DNA of 51,440 nucleotides from an uncultured Bacilli bacterium (lineage in GTDB: Bacteria; Bacillota_I; Bacilli_A; RF39; UBA660): contig CALVYB010000002.1 in assembly GCA_944371955.1 (NCBI GenBank), forward strand, positions 1 through 51,440, written 5' to 3'. How positions within the stretch are numbered: position 1 is the first letter of the stretch; every line of letters starts with the position of its first letter. Positions 1 through 10,048 of this stretch are shown piece by piece. The position numbers and the translations under genes were made by a program. A model generated the notes under the pieces. The model was not told where the DNA came from and made no database searches. It saw only the letters and a program-made list of their open reading frames with translations.

Positions 1-121
1 ATAGTAAATTTCGTGTCTTTTCGTTATGCATTAATATAACATAAAATTTTATTATTGACAAATCTTAGAATGTCATAAAAGGCTTAAATTGTCAATTTTT
101 ATGACAATTATGTAAATTAAA

Positions 122-144
122 AAACATATTTGATAAATATGTTT
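122..144 (-). terminator. Weak A/T-rich hairpin plus T-run after truA
   Basis: Inverted repeat aaacatattt/aaatatgttt with a 3-nt loop overlaps the truA stop codon. On the minus strand it is followed by TTTTTT. Confidence 0.4.
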
Positions 145-883
145 ACTTATTATATTTTATATCTGTTAAATATAGTCCTTCTGATGGTGCAGTCTTTCCT
201 CCAAGAGATCTATCTTTTCTATTTAAAAATTCTTTCACATATAGAGGAGGTTCTTTTTCTTCTCCTACTCTAATTAATATTCCTACCATATTTCTTATTT
301 GGTATCGAAGAAAGCCGTTGCCAGTAAATGTGAATTTGATAATATCATCATTTATTCTTTCCACAGTTGCAGTGGAAATCGTTCTAATGCAGTTTTCTTT
401 GTCCTTATTTTCAGTTACAAATGATCTAAAATCGTGTTTTCCTAGTAAATATTTTATACCTTCTTGCATTTTTTCTACATTCAGATGATAGTTATACTGA
501 AAAACATAATTTCTTTGTAATGGATTGTATTCTCCGGTATTTATATAATATTCATAGGTTTTTTCCACTACATTGTATCGAGCATGAAAAGAATCCGAAA
601 CAATTTGAGTGTTAATTACATGAATATCTGATGGAAGATTACTGTTCATAGCTCTTTTTAACTTATATTCAGTAATGTTGATATCTAAATCTGCATGTCC
701 ACATTGCATTTTAGCGTGTACTCCTTTATCGGTTCTTCCCGATGAAGTAAAAGTTGTTCTTTTCCCATTATTAATTTTTGTTAATGCATATTCTATTTGT
801 TCTTGAACAGTATGCAATCCTGGTTGATTTTGATATCCCATATAGTTGCTGCCATCATATGATAAGGTAATTAAAAAGCGCAT
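143..883 (-). CDS. truA: tRNA pseudouridine(38-40) synthase TruA
   Basis: 246-aa ORF with 'LSYDGSNYMGYQ' and the catalytic 'GRTDKGVHA' motif. GGAGGA RBS upstream. Sits in the usual position after the ecfA genes downstream of rplQ. Confidence 0.93.
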   Translation of the reverse strand: MRFLITLSYDGSNYMGYQNQPGLHTVQEQIEYALTKINNGKRTTFTSSGRTDKGVHAKMQCGHADLDINITEYKLKRAMNSNLPSDIHVINTQIVSDSFHARYNVVEKTYEYYINTGEYNPLQRNYVFQYNYHLNVEKMQEGIKYLLGKHDFRSFVTENKDKENCIRTISTATVERINDDIIKFTFTGNGFLRYQIRNMVGILIRVGEEKEPPLYVKEFLNRKDRSLGGKTAPSEGLYLTDIKYNK

Positions 884-898
884 AAATCCTCCTATTAA

Positions 899-1690
899 TT
901 AAACATGCTTATAAACATCTTTAATAATATCTCTAATATCTTTATGATACTCTATTTTTACTTTCTTTCTTTTTATTGCTTTATAAGTAAATAATACTCT
1001 TTCTGGCACTTGAAATCCATTTCTTTTTAAGTAATCGACTCTTTCATAGCCTTCTTTTGTATCTGTTTCTAAAAATATTCTTTTGTTTTTTAAAAATAGC
1101 ATTTTATCTGTATACTGATATAAAACTTCTTCATCTAATGTTGCAATAATAATTAGTTTATGGAATTGTTCTTTTAATTTTTTTAGAATCATCATCATTC
1201 TTTTTCTACTTTTATTATCTAGAAATCTAAATGGATCATCTAAAATAATAATATCCGGATTAGATAATAAACCAATTGCTAAATCTACTTTTTTTCTTTC
1301 TGATCTAGATAAGGTTGTAATATTTCTATTTAATAAGGATTCATCTAGGCCGACAATTCTTAGAGAATCTTTTTCTTTTTTTTCTATATTTTTTATTTGA
1401 AGATGGTAATAGTTAATAACGTAATCCATGTGTTCTTTTACAGTATTTAAATAATTTATTTTCTTCAATTTTTTTTCAATGATACTGATTCGTTTGTAGT
1501 ACTCTAAATGATTTTCTGGATTTAGTAAAATCCCATCAATTGTTATATTGCCTTCTGGCAATTCTTCTAGTCGCAGTATTTCAAGTAATTCTTCATATTC
1601 CGAACCAGTTATTCCCACTATGTCATCACTAGATAAACTTGTGGAAAATTCCCAATCATTTTTCCTTATGTTTTCTAATTTTATTTCCAT
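899..1690 (-). CDS. Degenerate EcfA2-like ABC ATPase-fold protein. Walker A lysine lost (GITGSEYE), signature is LSRSE, Walker B is ILDDP, no H-loop His.
   Basis: 263-aa ORF in the EcfA2 synteny position. It overlaps the upstream gene by 10 nt (ATGGAAATAA). The ABC fold is recognisable but the catalytic motifs are mutated. Confidence 0.6.
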   Translation of the reverse strand: MEIKLENIRKNDWEFSTSLSSDDIVGITGSEYEELLEILRLEELPEGNITIDGILLNPENHLEYYKRISIIEKKLKKINYLNTVKEHMDYVINYYHLQIKNIEKKEKDSLRIVGLDESLLNRNITTLSRSERKKVDLAIGLLSNPDIIILDDPFRFLDNKSRKRMMMILKKLKEQFHKLIIIATLDEEVLYQYTDKMLFLKNKRIFLETDTKEGYERVDYLKRNGFQVPERVLFTYKAIKRKKVKIEYHKDIRDIIKDVYKHV

Positions 1691-2478
1691 ATATTATCTA
1701 CCAACCTGTCTATATCTAACTCTGTTTTTTCCACTAAATTATAATCCATTAACTTTACAGATAAATCTACCATAAATGGTAATTCTAAACCTATTTTATT
1801 TAGCACATTATCTTTTTCTATGATAGATAATGGTTCTCCTTCTAATAAGATTTTCTTTTCTGAAATAATTAATAGATAATCACTTTCTAATGCTATATTT
1901 AAATTGCTTGTTGTCATTACAATAGATATACCTGTTTCTAGTTGTAATGTTCTTAATAGATTAATCATCTCTTTTTTTTCTTTCGCTTCAAGCTCTTCGC
2001 AAATATCATCTAAAAATAGAACTTGAGGAGATCCAAGTAATTGCTTTGCTATTAGTAATTTTATTTTAATAAATTCTGAAACATCATTAGGGTTTTTCTT
2101 CTGGAACTTTGTTAGTTTATATTTTTTTACAATCTCTTTATATGTTTCTTTCTTTTCTTCTTCTGTTTTTTTAAATAAATGGATTGCATAATTTAATTCT
2201 TCTTCTACTGTCTTAAATAAAAATTCAACAGAATCTTGTGGAATAACAGTCCCTGTTATTTCTTTCCACAGATTTTGTGGATATTCTTCTATATGCATAC
2301 CTAATAATTTTATTGTTTTTTCTATTGGTATTTGTCCGCCTAATATTCTAATTAATGTCGTCTTTCCACAATTATTACCACCAGAGATTGTTATAAACTT
2401 GCCTTGTTCTACTTTGAAGGAGAGATTTTCAAATAAATTTTGATAACATAAGTTAGTAATTTCTAATAGTTCTTTCAT
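1681..2478 (-). CDS. EcfA1-like ABC ATPase-fold protein. Walker A intact (GGNNCGKT), but the signature (VSEFI), Walker B Glu (LDDI) and H-loop (TTS) are degenerate.
   Basis: 265-aa ORF with a P-loop and Q-loop (IPQDS). The C-terminal 'IGLELPF' segment is reminiscent of EcfA proteins. Synteny between rplQ and truA. Confidence 0.65.
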   Translation of the reverse strand: MKELLEITNLCYQNLFENLSFKVEQGKFITISGGNNCGKTTLIRILGGQIPIEKTIKLLGMHIEEYPQNLWKEITGTVIPQDSVEFLFKTVEEELNYAIHLFKKTEEEKKETYKEIVKKYKLTKFQKKNPNDVSEFIKIKLLIAKQLLGSPQVLFLDDICEELEAKEKKEMINLLRTLQLETGISIVMTTSNLNIALESDYLLIISEKKILLEGEPLSIIEKDNVLNKIGLELPFMVDLSVKLMDYNLVEKTELDIDRLVDNIWK

Positions 2479-2499
2479 ATCCGCCCTCCTGTTTTCTTG

Positions 2500-2517
2500 T
2501 TTTATTATATAATAAAC
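2500..2517 (-). repeat. Copy 1 of the 18-nt motif GTTTATTATATAATAAAA (minus strand). Contains TATAAT. Lies 22-39 nt upstream of the ecfA1-like start.
   Basis: Exact 18-mer shared with 3314..3331. The flanking roughly 45 nt are also similar. Confidence 0.7.
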
Positions 2518-2522
2518 CGTTT

Positions 2523-2550
2523 AAAAAAGCCATTATATTATTTGGCTTTT
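2523..2550 (-). terminator. Hairpin plus T-run after the SDR gene
   Basis: aaaaaagcca / tggctttttt stem with a 10-nt loop, flanked by A and T runs. Overlaps the SDR stop codon. Confidence 0.5.
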
Positions 2551-3293
2551 TTCTTTTGGATTCTATATGCACATCGTAATAAGAGTTTATCTGATAAAAA
2601 TCTTTCAAAAAACTTTGCACATTTCATTTTGAATCCTGGAATGATTAGCATTTTCTTTTTCTCTAGCATCTGATCGATTGCATATTTTGCTACATATGTA
2701 CTTTTTAGTGCTTTTACTCCAAATTTTACTCCCGCTACACTATTAAAATTGGTTTCTACTGGTCCTGGGCATAAAACTGAAATTTGTACTTTTGATTTTT
2801 TCTTCTTTTGCTCATACCATAATGCTTCTGATAATTGATAAACATATGATTTAGTAGCATAGTACGTACTCATTAAAGGTCCTGGCTGAAACGCTGCTGA
2901 AGAAGCTACGTTTAAAATATATCCAGAATTTCGTTTTTCCATATCCTTCAAAAACGCTTTTGTTAGAATATGAACTGCTTTAATATTGGTATTAATCATA
3001 TCTAATTCTTGTTGTAAATCTGTATCTGAAAACTCACCAAATATACCAAATCCTGCATTATTTATTAAAATATCAATATTTTCTTTTTTTGTTAATATAT
3101 ATAGTTCTTTTACTTTTTGTTCGTTGGATAAGTCCGCTACAATAATTGTAACTTTAGTTGGTAAAGACTCTTGAATTTTCTCTAACTTTTCTCTATTTCT
3201 AGCTACTAAAATAAGCTCGCACTTTTTAGTAGCTAGGTATCTGGCCATGTCTAAGCCTATACCTGACGAAGCTCCTGTTATTAATGCCTTCAT
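2538..3293 (-). CDS. Short-chain dehydrogenase/reductase (SDR) family oxidoreductase
   Basis: 251-aa ORF with the N-terminal 'ITGASSGIG' Rossmann motif, 'NNAG', and a 'YxxxK' (YYATK) catalytic motif. Confidence 0.85.
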   Translation of the reverse strand: MKALITGASSGIGLDMARYLATKKCELILVARNREKLEKIQESLPTKVTIIVADLSNEQKVKELYILTKKENIDILINNAGFGIFGEFSDTDLQQELDMINTNIKAVHILTKAFLKDMEKRNSGYILNVASSAAFQPGPLMSTYYATKSYVYQLSEALWYEQKKKKSKVQISVLCPGPVETNFNSVAGVKFGVKALKSTYVAKYAIDQMLEKKKMLIIPGFKMKCAKFFERFLSDKLLLRCAYRIQKKKAK

Positions 3294-3313
3294 ACTGACA
3301 CCTCTTTTTCTAC

Positions 3314-3331
3314 TTTTATTATATAATAAAC
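3314..3331 (-). repeat. Copy 2 of the 18-nt motif GTTTATTATATAATAAAA. Lies 21-38 nt upstream of the SDR start.
   Basis: Exact 18-mer shared with 2500..2517. Confidence 0.7.
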
Positions 3332-3420
3332 TAGCTTAAAAAAAAAGAATATTGGTCTTTCTTTTACTTTTATTATTCATCTAATAACTTATTTTGTGTG
3401 TTTTTAATTTAACATAATAA

Positions 3421-3448
3421 AATAAGACACAATATTTTGTGTCTTATT
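3421..3448 (-). terminator. Intrinsic terminator closing the ribosomal alpha operon after rplQ
   Basis: 11-bp stem aataagacaca/tgtgtcttatt with a 6-nt loop overlaps the rplQ stop. A T-rich tract follows on the minus strand. Confidence 0.6.
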
Positions 3449-3836
3449 TATTTTCTGCGTTTTCCTTTTTAGCAGCTTTCTTTTCTTCTGGTTTAGCTTC
3501 ATCTACTAACTTTAAAATTACCATTAAAGAATTGTCTCCACGACGCTCAGATAATTTTAAAATTTGAGTATATCCACCATTACGATTTTCATATCTTTTT
3601 GCTAAATCATGGAAAATTTTATCCACAACTTTTTTATCATTATGTAAGAATGCTAATGCTTTACGACGAGAAACTAAATCACCTTTTTTACCATAAGTAA
3701 TCATTTTTTCAACAAACTTACGAACTTCTTTTGCTCTAGTTTCAGTTGTAGTAATACTTTCATTTACTACTACTTGTTTAGTCATAGTAGCTAGCATACT
3801 TCTTCTATGTTTATTATCTACACCTAATTTTCTCAT
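3444..3836 (-). CDS. rplQ: 50S ribosomal protein L17
   Basis: 130-aa ORF, '[18 protein letters not shown]...', directly after rpoA. Confidence 0.96.
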   Translation of the reverse strand: MRKLGVDNKHRRSMLATMTKQVVVNESITTTETRAKEVRKFVEKMITYGKKGDLVSRRKALAFLHNDKKVVDKIFHDLAKRYENRNGGYTQILKLSERRGDNSLMVILKLVDEAKPEEKKAAKKENAENK

Positions 3837-3856
3837 AGTTATTTCCTCCTTATATT

Positions 3857-4807
3857 TTAGTCGTCATCACGTAATACTAGACCCATATCTCTAATTTTGT
3901 CTAATACCTCTTTTAATGATTTCTTTCCTAGATTACGGATTTTCATCATATCTGATTCACTCTTATTAACAAGATCTTGTAAAGTATGAATACCTGCTCT
4001 TTTTAAGCAGTTATAAGCTCTTACAGAAAAATCTAAGTCTTCGATTGAAGTTTCAAGAGCTTTTACTTTTGGATCTTCAGTTTTTTCAATCATCATTCCA
4101 CTTACGTCAGCGATTGATGATAAGTCTGTTAAAATAGTGAAATGTTCAATTAAAATTCTTGAAGCTAAAGCAATTGCTTCTTCTGGTTTTATAGAACCGT
4201 TTGTCCATACGTCTAAAATTAATTTATCATAACTTTCATCTTGTCCAACACGAGCGTTTGCAACTTCATATGATACTCTTTCAATAGGAGAATATAAAGA
4301 GTCGATAGCTATAACTCCTGCTTTCTTAATATCATGTATTTTCTTGTTGTCTTCACTTCTTACATATCCACGACCATTAGATACAGTCATTTCCATGTTT
4401 AGAGAAGCACCTTTTGATAATGTAGCGATTACTTTATTTTTGTTAATTACTTCGATATCAGCATCGTGTTCTATATCTCCAGCAGTGATTTCTCCTTCTT
4501 TTGTTGTATTAATACGAACAATCTTTTCTTCATTTGAATGATTTTTAAATACTACACCTTTCAAGTTTAAAATGATTGTTGTTACATCTTCATAAACACC
4601 TTCGATTGTTTGAAATTCATGAAGAACTCCGTCTATTTTGATACTACTGATTGCACTACCTGGAAGAGAAGATAACATTACTCTTCTTAATGCATTACCA
4701 ATTGTAGTTCCAAAACCTCTTTCTAATGGTTCTAATTCAAATCTACCATAGAAATTGCTTTCTACAGAATCTGTTATTTTATAAATTGGTTTTTCAAATT
4801 GTAACAT
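3857..4807 (-). CDS. rpoA: DNA-directed RNA polymerase subunit alpha
   Basis: 316-aa ORF, '[20 protein letters not shown]'. C-terminal domain contains '[13 protein letters not shown]'. Confidence 0.98.
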   Translation of the reverse strand: MLQFEKPIYKITDSVESNFYGRFELEPLERGFGTTIGNALRRVMLSSLPGSAISSIKIDGVLHEFQTIEGVYEDVTTIILNLKGVVFKNHSNEEKIVRINTTKEGEITAGDIEHDADIEVINKNKVIATLSKGASLNMEMTVSNGRGYVRSEDNKKIHDIKKAGVIAIDSLYSPIERVSYEVANARVGQDESYDKLILDVWTNGSIKPEEAIALASRILIEHFTILTDLSSIADVSGMMIEKTEDPKVKALETSIEDLDFSVRAYNCLKRAGIHTLQDLVNKSESDMMKIRNLGKKSLKEVLDKIRDMGLVLRDDD

Positions 4808-4832
4808 GAAACTAACCTCCCTTATTCATTAA

Positions 4833-5216
4833 TTATACGCGTGGACGTTTTGGTGGACGACATCCATTATGTGGTATTGGTGTTACATCAACAATTGTAG
4901 TTACTTCTAATCCTGCAGTTTGAAGTGAACGAATTGCTGTTTCTCTACCTGGTCCTAAACCTTTTACACGTACTTCTACTTTACGCATACCCATATCATA
5001 TGCAGCTTTTCCAGCAGCTTCTGCAGCCATACCAGCAGCAAATGGAGTTGATTTTTTACTACCTTTAAATCCGATAGCTCCAGATGATGCCCAGCTAATT
5101 ACGTTACCATCCTTATCTGTGATTGTAGTAATTGTATTATTGAATGTTGAATGAATATGTGCCATACCTTCAGGAACATTCTTTTTAACTTTTCTTTTTC
5201 TAGTTTTGTAAGCCAT
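4833..5216 (-). CDS. rpsK: 30S ribosomal protein S11
   Basis: 127-aa ORF, '[15 protein letters not shown]'-type sequence, ending in '[11 protein letters not shown]'. Confidence 0.98.
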   Translation of the reverse strand: MAYKTRKRKVKKNVPEGMAHIHSTFNNTITTITDKDGNVISWASSGAIGFKGSKKSTPFAAGMAAEAAGKAAYDMGMRKVEVRVKGLGPGRETAIRSLQTAGLEVTTIVDVTPIPHNGCRPPKRPRV

Positions 5217-5255
5217 CTAAGTTTACCTCCTTTAAAATTTCTTTCATTAAGTTAA

Positions 5256-5624
5256 CTAAGCTTTTTTCTTATTAGCTACTACTTTTCCTTTACCTTTACG
5301 AGTACGTGCATTACGATTTGTTCTTTGTCCTCTTACAGGTAATCCTCTTTTATGACGACTTCCTTCATATGAATTAATTTCCATTTTTGTTTTTATGTTC
5401 ATACTTACTTCACGACGAAGGTCACCTTCTGTTAAATGTTTGTTAATTTCATCACGGATTTTAACTAAATCTTCTTGAGATAAATCTTTTGTTTTAGTAG
5501 TTGGATCAATATTTACTGCCTTTAAAATTTGTTTAGCTAAACTTTGTCCAATACCATAAATATAAGTTAATGAAATACAAATGTGTTTGTCGTTTGGAAT
5601 ATCTACACCTTTAATACGTGCCAT
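5256..5624 (-). CDS. rpsM: 30S ribosomal protein S13
   Basis: 122-aa ORF, '[14 protein letters not shown]...'. Confidence 0.98.
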   Translation of the reverse strand: MARIKGVDIPNDKHICISLTYIYGIGQSLAKQILKAVNIDPTTKTKDLSQEDLVKIRDEINKHLTEGDLRREVSMNIKTKMEINSYEGSRHKRGLPVRGQRTNRNARTRKGKGKVVANKKKA

Positions 5625-5643
5625 TTAATACACCTCCTAAAAA

Positions 5644-5757
5644 TTATCCTTGTTTTTGTTTGTGTTTTGGATTTTCACAAATTACTCTTACTGTACCTTT
5701 ACGTTTTACGATTTTACATTTTTCGCATATTTTCTTAACTGATGCTTTTACTTTCAT
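5644..5757 (-). CDS. rpmJ: 50S ribosomal protein L36 (zinc-ribbon type)
   Basis: Absent from the ORF track because it is too short. My hand translation of the minus strand gives [37 protein letters not shown] (37 aa), between infA and rpsM. Confidence 0.93.
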   Translation of the reverse strand: MKVKASVKKICEKCKIVKRKGTVRVICENPKHKQKQG

Positions 5758-5770
5758 ACTATCCCTCCTA

Positions 5771-5986
5771 TTATTTACGATAGGTTATACGCCCACGTGT
5801 TAAATCATATGGCGAAAGTTCTATCATTACGGTATCTCCTGCTAAGATACGAATATAGTTCATTCGTATTTTACCAGAAACGTGAGCTTCCACAATGTGT
5901 CCATTTTCTAGTTGAACTTTAAATTTCCCACCTGGGATAATTTCAAGAACTTTACCTTCAATTTCAATTGTATCTTCTTTGGCCAT
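5771..5986 (-). CDS. infA: Translation initiation factor IF-1
   Basis: '[13 protein letters not shown]...GRITYR'. I prefer the internal ATG at 5986, giving a canonical 71-aa IF-1, over the ORF-track start at 5995. Confidence 0.95.
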   Translation of the reverse strand: MAKEDTIEIEGKVLEIIPGGKFKVQLENGHIVEAHVSGKIRMNYIRILAGDTVMIELSPYDLTRGRITYRK

Positions 5987-5991
5987 CTTTA

Positions 5992-6738
5992 TCACTCTCC
6001 TGTCAAGATTTGATATCCATCTTTTGTCACTACTACTGTATGTTCAAAGTGCGCTGATAAACTACCATCTTGTGTATCAATTGTCCAATCATTGTCATGA
6101 ATAAATATATCAGGTCTACCTAATGTCAACATTGGCTCTACAGCAATTACCATACCTTCTTTTAGTCTTGGACCAGTATTTGGAATACCATAATTTGGCA
6201 CTTCGGGATCTTCATGAACAGAAGTTCCCACTCCGTGACCGCATAGTTCTCTTACGACCCCTAGATTATGCTTATGGGCGTACTGTTCAATCGCATAACC
6301 AATATCTCCGATTCTGTTGCCCGGCTTTACTTGAGCTAAGCCTACAAATAGAGATTTTTCAGTGTCTTCTAGTAGTTTTTTTGTTTTATCATCTACTTCT
6401 CCCACTATGTAAGTCCAAGCAGAGTCTCCATGATAACCTTTATAACAAGCTCCAATGTCAATAGAAATAATGTCTCCATTTTTTAATTTTCTATCACTTG
6501 GAAACCCATGAACCACTTCAGAGTTGATACTTGTACATAGTGTAGATGGGAACCCCTCGTATCCCTTAAAAGAAGGAGTAGCATTTTTACTTCTAATAAA
6601 GTCTTCTGCTAACTTATCCAACTCTTTAGTCGTGATTCCTTCTTTTATATATGGTTTTAGATACTGATGGGTTTGATATACTATATTACCAGCTATTTTT
6701 AATAATTCAACTTCTCTTTTACTTTTAATTGTTATCAT
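5992..6738 (-). CDS. map: Type I methionine aminopeptidase
   Basis: 248-aa ORF with 'HGFP', 'DIGA..GYHGD', 'GHGVG' and 'EPM' metal-ligand motifs. Confidence 0.96.
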   Translation of the reverse strand: MITIKSKREVELLKIAGNIVYQTHQYLKPYIKEGITTKELDKLAEDFIRSKNATPSFKGYEGFPSTLCTSINSEVVHGFPSDRKLKNGDIISIDIGACYKGYHGDSAWTYIVGEVDDKTKKLLEDTEKSLFVGLAQVKPGNRIGDIGYAIEQYAHKHNLGVVRELCGHGVGTSVHEDPEVPNYGIPNTGPRLKEGMVIAVEPMLTLGRPDIFIHDNDWTIDTQDGSLSAHFEHTVVVTKDGYQILTGE

Positions 6739-6754
6739 TAATTTTCATCTCCAT

Positions 6755-7417
6755 TTATTTTGATGACATGCTGATAATCTTGTCTATCTCACGAAAGACA
6801 TTTTCAATTGTATCATTTCCATTTACCTCATGTAATACACCTTGTTGTCTATAATGGTCAATAATTGGTTCTGTTTTTTCTTGATACATTTTATATCTAG
6901 TTTGAAAAGCTTCTAAGTTGTCATCATTTCTTTGATATAACCTTCCGCCACAGATATCGCATACAGATTCAATTTGTGGAGCACTTGCTTTCTCGTTAAT
7001 ATTATATACAGCTTGGCAATCTTCACAAATTCTTCTTCCTGTAATTCTTTTTTCTAATGTCTTTTCATCGATTACAATTGAAATTACATTTCCTACTTCA
7101 TATCCTAATCTTGCTAGGATTTTATCATATTCAACAGCTTGATCTAAACTTCTTGGAAAACCGTCAATGATATAACCATTTTTGCAATCTTCCTCTTGTA
7201 ATCTTTTTTCAATTAGTTGATATGTAATTTCATCTTTTACTAATTTTCCACTTGCTAGGGTTTCAGCAATATAATTTCCTACCTCACTATCTTCTTTAGA
7301 CATTTCTCTTAAAATATCTCCAGTTGATATATGTGGTATATGATATTTAGCCTCCACCAACTCTGCTTGCGTACCTTTTCCCGCAGCTGGTGGAGCTATA
7401 AACATAATACTTTTCAT
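6755..7417 (-). CDS. adk: Adenylate kinase (zinc-lid type)
   Basis: P-loop 'APPAAGKGTQA'. LID with CEDC...CDIC. Confidence 0.96.
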   Translation of the reverse strand: MKSIMFIAPPAAGKGTQAELVEAKYHIPHISTGDILREMSKEDSEVGNYIAETLASGKLVKDEITYQLIEKRLQEEDCKNGYIIDGFPRSLDQAVEYDKILARLGYEVGNVISIVIDEKTLEKRITGRRICEDCQAVYNINEKASAPQIESVCDICGGRLYQRNDDNLEAFQTRYKMYQEKTEPIIDHYRQQGVLHEVNGNDTIENVFREIDKIISMSSK

Positions 7418-7419
7418 TT

Positions 7420-8694
7420 TTACCTTCTACTATATCCTCTCTTATAACTTCTGGTCAAAATACTTCCTTCCAATTGTTTATAAGTTTCTAACGCTACACC
7501 TACTACGATTAATAATCCTGTACCACCGATTGATACACTAGTAGGTAAGCTTGTTAATTTAGAAAATAGAATCGGTAATCCGGCGATTACTACTAAGAAT
7601 GTTGCACCTAAAATAGTAAGTCTCGCTAAAATTTTACTTAAGTGTTTTTTTGTTGCTTCTCCTGGTCTGATTCCAGGTATGTACCCTCCGTTTTCTTGTA
7701 AATTCTTAGCAAACTCCTCTGGTTTTACTTGAATAAAAGTGTAGAAGTATGCAAAGAAAAATATAAATACTACATAAATAGAAAATCCTACTGGAGTAGT
7801 ATAAGTTAAATATTTTTGTACCACTAAAGTAAAAGTTTCATTTTTTATTACTTGTGCCAAAATTCCAGGGATTGCTAATAAGCTTGATGCAAAGATTACT
7901 GGAATTACTCCGGCAGTATTTATTTTTATGGGCATAAAACTTTGAGCTGATTTTCCATATGCACTTGTTGATTTATTGGCATATTGGATTGGTATTCTTC
8001 TTTCTGATTCTTGAACAAAAATCATTCCAATAACAATTGCAAAGTATACAATTACGAATAATATAAATTTAATAATTCCTAATGTAATTACTTGCGCTGT
8101 TCCATCGAATGCTACAAGTCCTGCAAAGGCATCAATAAACATTTGAGGAAGAGTAGCAATGATACCTGCCATAATAATTAAACTTGTACCATTTCCTATT
8201 CCTTTTTGTGTTATTTGATCTCCTAACCATAATAAGAATGCAGTACCTGCTGTTAATACAGTTGCGATATATAAGTATTCTAATACATCACCTGTTTTAC
8301 CTATGAAGGCAAATGCAAAGGCATATCCTTCAATAAAAGCAAACGCAATACCTAAATATCTAGTAATTTGGTTTAACTTTTGCCTTCCAGTAGCCCCTTG
8401 CTTACTTAATTCAGTAAAGTAAGGGATTATATCCATTTGTAATAATTGCATAATGATGGATGCTGTAATATATGGCATGACACCTAATGCAAAAATGGAA
8501 AAGTTTTTTAATGCTCCACCGCCTAGGGTGTTAATTAATTCTAAAAAACCCAAACTACTAGTTAAATCTTGTGTTCCCGGAACTCGAATCGAAATACCTA
8601 ATATGAAGATCATTAATGCCCCAAGCGTAAAGTAAATACGATGACGTAAATCTTTATTTGTTGAGGTAAATAATTGCTTCATAGTTTTGAACAT
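7420..8694 (-). CDS. secY: Preprotein translocase subunit SecY
   Basis: 424-aa polytopic membrane protein between rplO and adk. Confidence 0.97.
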   Translation of the reverse strand: MFKTMKQLFTSTNKDLRHRIYFTLGALMIFILGISIRVPGTQDLTSSLGFLELINTLGGGALKNFSIFALGVMPYITASIIMQLLQMDIIPYFTELSKQGATGRQKLNQITRYLGIAFAFIEGYAFAFAFIGKTGDVLEYLYIATVLTAGTAFLLWLGDQITQKGIGNGTSLIIMAGIIATLPQMFIDAFAGLVAFDGTAQVITLGIIKFILFVIVYFAIVIGMIFVQESERRIPIQYANKSTSAYGKSAQSFMPIKINTAGVIPVIFASSLLAIPGILAQVIKNETFTLVVQKYLTYTTPVGFSIYVVFIFFFAYFYTFIQVKPEEFAKNLQENGGYIPGIRPGEATKKHLSKILARLTILGATFLVVIAGLPILFSKLTSLPTSVSIGGTGLLIVVGVALETYKQLEGSILTRSYKRGYSRR

Positions 8695-8695
8695 A

Positions 8696-9139
8696 CTAGA
8701 TCACCTCAGCTTTACTTCCTGATTCTTTGATCTTTTCTAATGCACTTGTTGAAAATTTATTTGCTTGAATAGTTAATTTATGTTCTAATTTTCCATTTCC
8801 TAAAATTTTAAGTCCATCTAATTCCTTTTTAATAATTCCTTTTTCCATTAATAATGCAGGTGTTACCACAGTACCATCTTCAAATACATTTAAATCTCCT
8901 ACATTAACTGTAGCATATTTAACCTTAAATAATGCATTTGTAAAACCTCTTTTTGGAAGTCTTCTATATAATGGTAATTGTCCACCTTCAAATACTGGAT
9001 TGATACTACCACCACTACGTGCTTTTTGTCCTTTTTGTCCGCGTCCACATGTTTTACCAAGACCACTACCTGGACCGCGTCCTACACGTTTTCTTGCATG
9101 AGTAGCACCGATATTTTTTTCTAATTCATGTAATTTCAT
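8696..9139 (-). CDS. rplO: 50S ribosomal protein L15
   Basis: 147-aa ORF, '[30 protein letters not shown]'. Confidence 0.97.
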   Translation of the reverse strand: MKLHELEKNIGATHARKRVGRGPGSGLGKTCGRGQKGQKARSGGSINPVFEGGQLPLYRRLPKRGFTNALFKVKYATVNVGDLNVFEDGTVVTPALLMEKGIIKKELDGLKILGNGKLEHKLTIQANKFSTSALEKIKESGSKAEVI

Positions 9140-9648
9140 TATCCTAATATCTCCTCTACTGTTTTACCGCGAAGTGCTGCTACTTGTTCAACAGTTTTCA
9201 TTGCTTTTAATGCGTTTAATGCAGCAGTTGCAGTATTAATTTTAGTTCTTGCTCCTAGTGATTTAGAGACAACATCACGAATTCCTGCTAATTCTAAGAT
9301 AGCACGAACAGATCCACCAGCAATGATACCAGTACCAGCTGGAGCAGGTTTAATGATAACTCTTGCAGCACCACTTGTTCCTACCATTTCATGAGCTACT
9401 GTTCTTCCATCGATTAGAGGTATTGTGATCATTTTCTTGTTTGCATCTTGAATTGCTTTCTTAATTGCATCAGGTACTTCATTAGCTTTTCCAATACCTA
9501 ATCCAACTTTACCTTTACGGTCACCTACAACAACAGTTGCTGAATATCTTCTACGACGTCCACCTTTAGTAACTTTTACTACGCTTTTAACGTCGATTAC
9601 TAATTCTTCATACAACTTTTCTCTAGGTTCTTGAGACTTTCTTTGCAT
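9139..9648 (-). CDS. rpsE: 30S ribosomal protein S5
   Basis: 169-aa ORF. Its stop overlaps the rplO start (TAATG), so there is no room for rpmD. Confidence 0.97.
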   Translation of the reverse strand: MQRKSQEPREKLYEELVIDVKSVVKVTKGGRRRRYSATVVVGDRKGKVGLGIGKANEVPDAIKKAIQDANKKMITIPLIDGRTVAHEMVGTSGAARVIIKPAPAGTGIIAGGSVRAILELAGIRDVVSKSLGARTKINTATAALNALKAMKTVEQVAALRGKTVEEILG

Positions 9649-9660
9649 AATACCCTCCTA

Positions 9661-10023
9661 TTAGAATTCTAATCCATTTTCACGTGCAGCTTCTGCTAAA
9701 GCTTTAACACGTCCATGATAAAGGTATCCTCCTCTATCAAATACCACTTTTGTAATTTTTGCGTTTGTTGCTTTTTTAGCGATAGCTTCACCAACAACTT
9801 TAGCTGCTTCTACATTACTTCCGTTTGCAATTTTTAAATCTTTGTCTAATGAGGAAGCAGATACAAGAGTAGTTCTAGTTTCATCATCGATAATTTGAGC
9901 ATAGATTCCAGTGTTAGAACGGAATACGCATAATCTTGGTACTTCGCTTGTTCCGAAAACATTCTTACGAACTCTTTCATGACGAACAACACGCATACTA
10001 TTACGAGATTCTTTCTTTATCAT
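9661..10023 (-). CDS. rplR: 50S ribosomal protein L18
   Basis: 120-aa ORF in spc operon order, ending '[11 protein letters not shown]'. Confidence 0.97.
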   Translation of the reverse strand: MIKKESRNSMRVVRHERVRKNVFGTSEVPRLCVFRSNTGIYAQIIDDETRTTLVSASSLDKDLKIANGSNVEAAKVVGEAIAKKATNAKITKVVFDRGGYLYHGRVKALAEAARENGLEF

Positions 10024-10048
10024 ACTTTGTTTTCTCCTTTCCTACTTA

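Noticed and set aside
71-106. 10-bp inverted repeat tgtcataaaa...ttttatgaca downstream of truA at the window edge.
   Set aside because: It is an A/T-rich dyad at the truncated edge of the window, and the context (probably the rplM promoter region) is not visible. I cannot interpret it.
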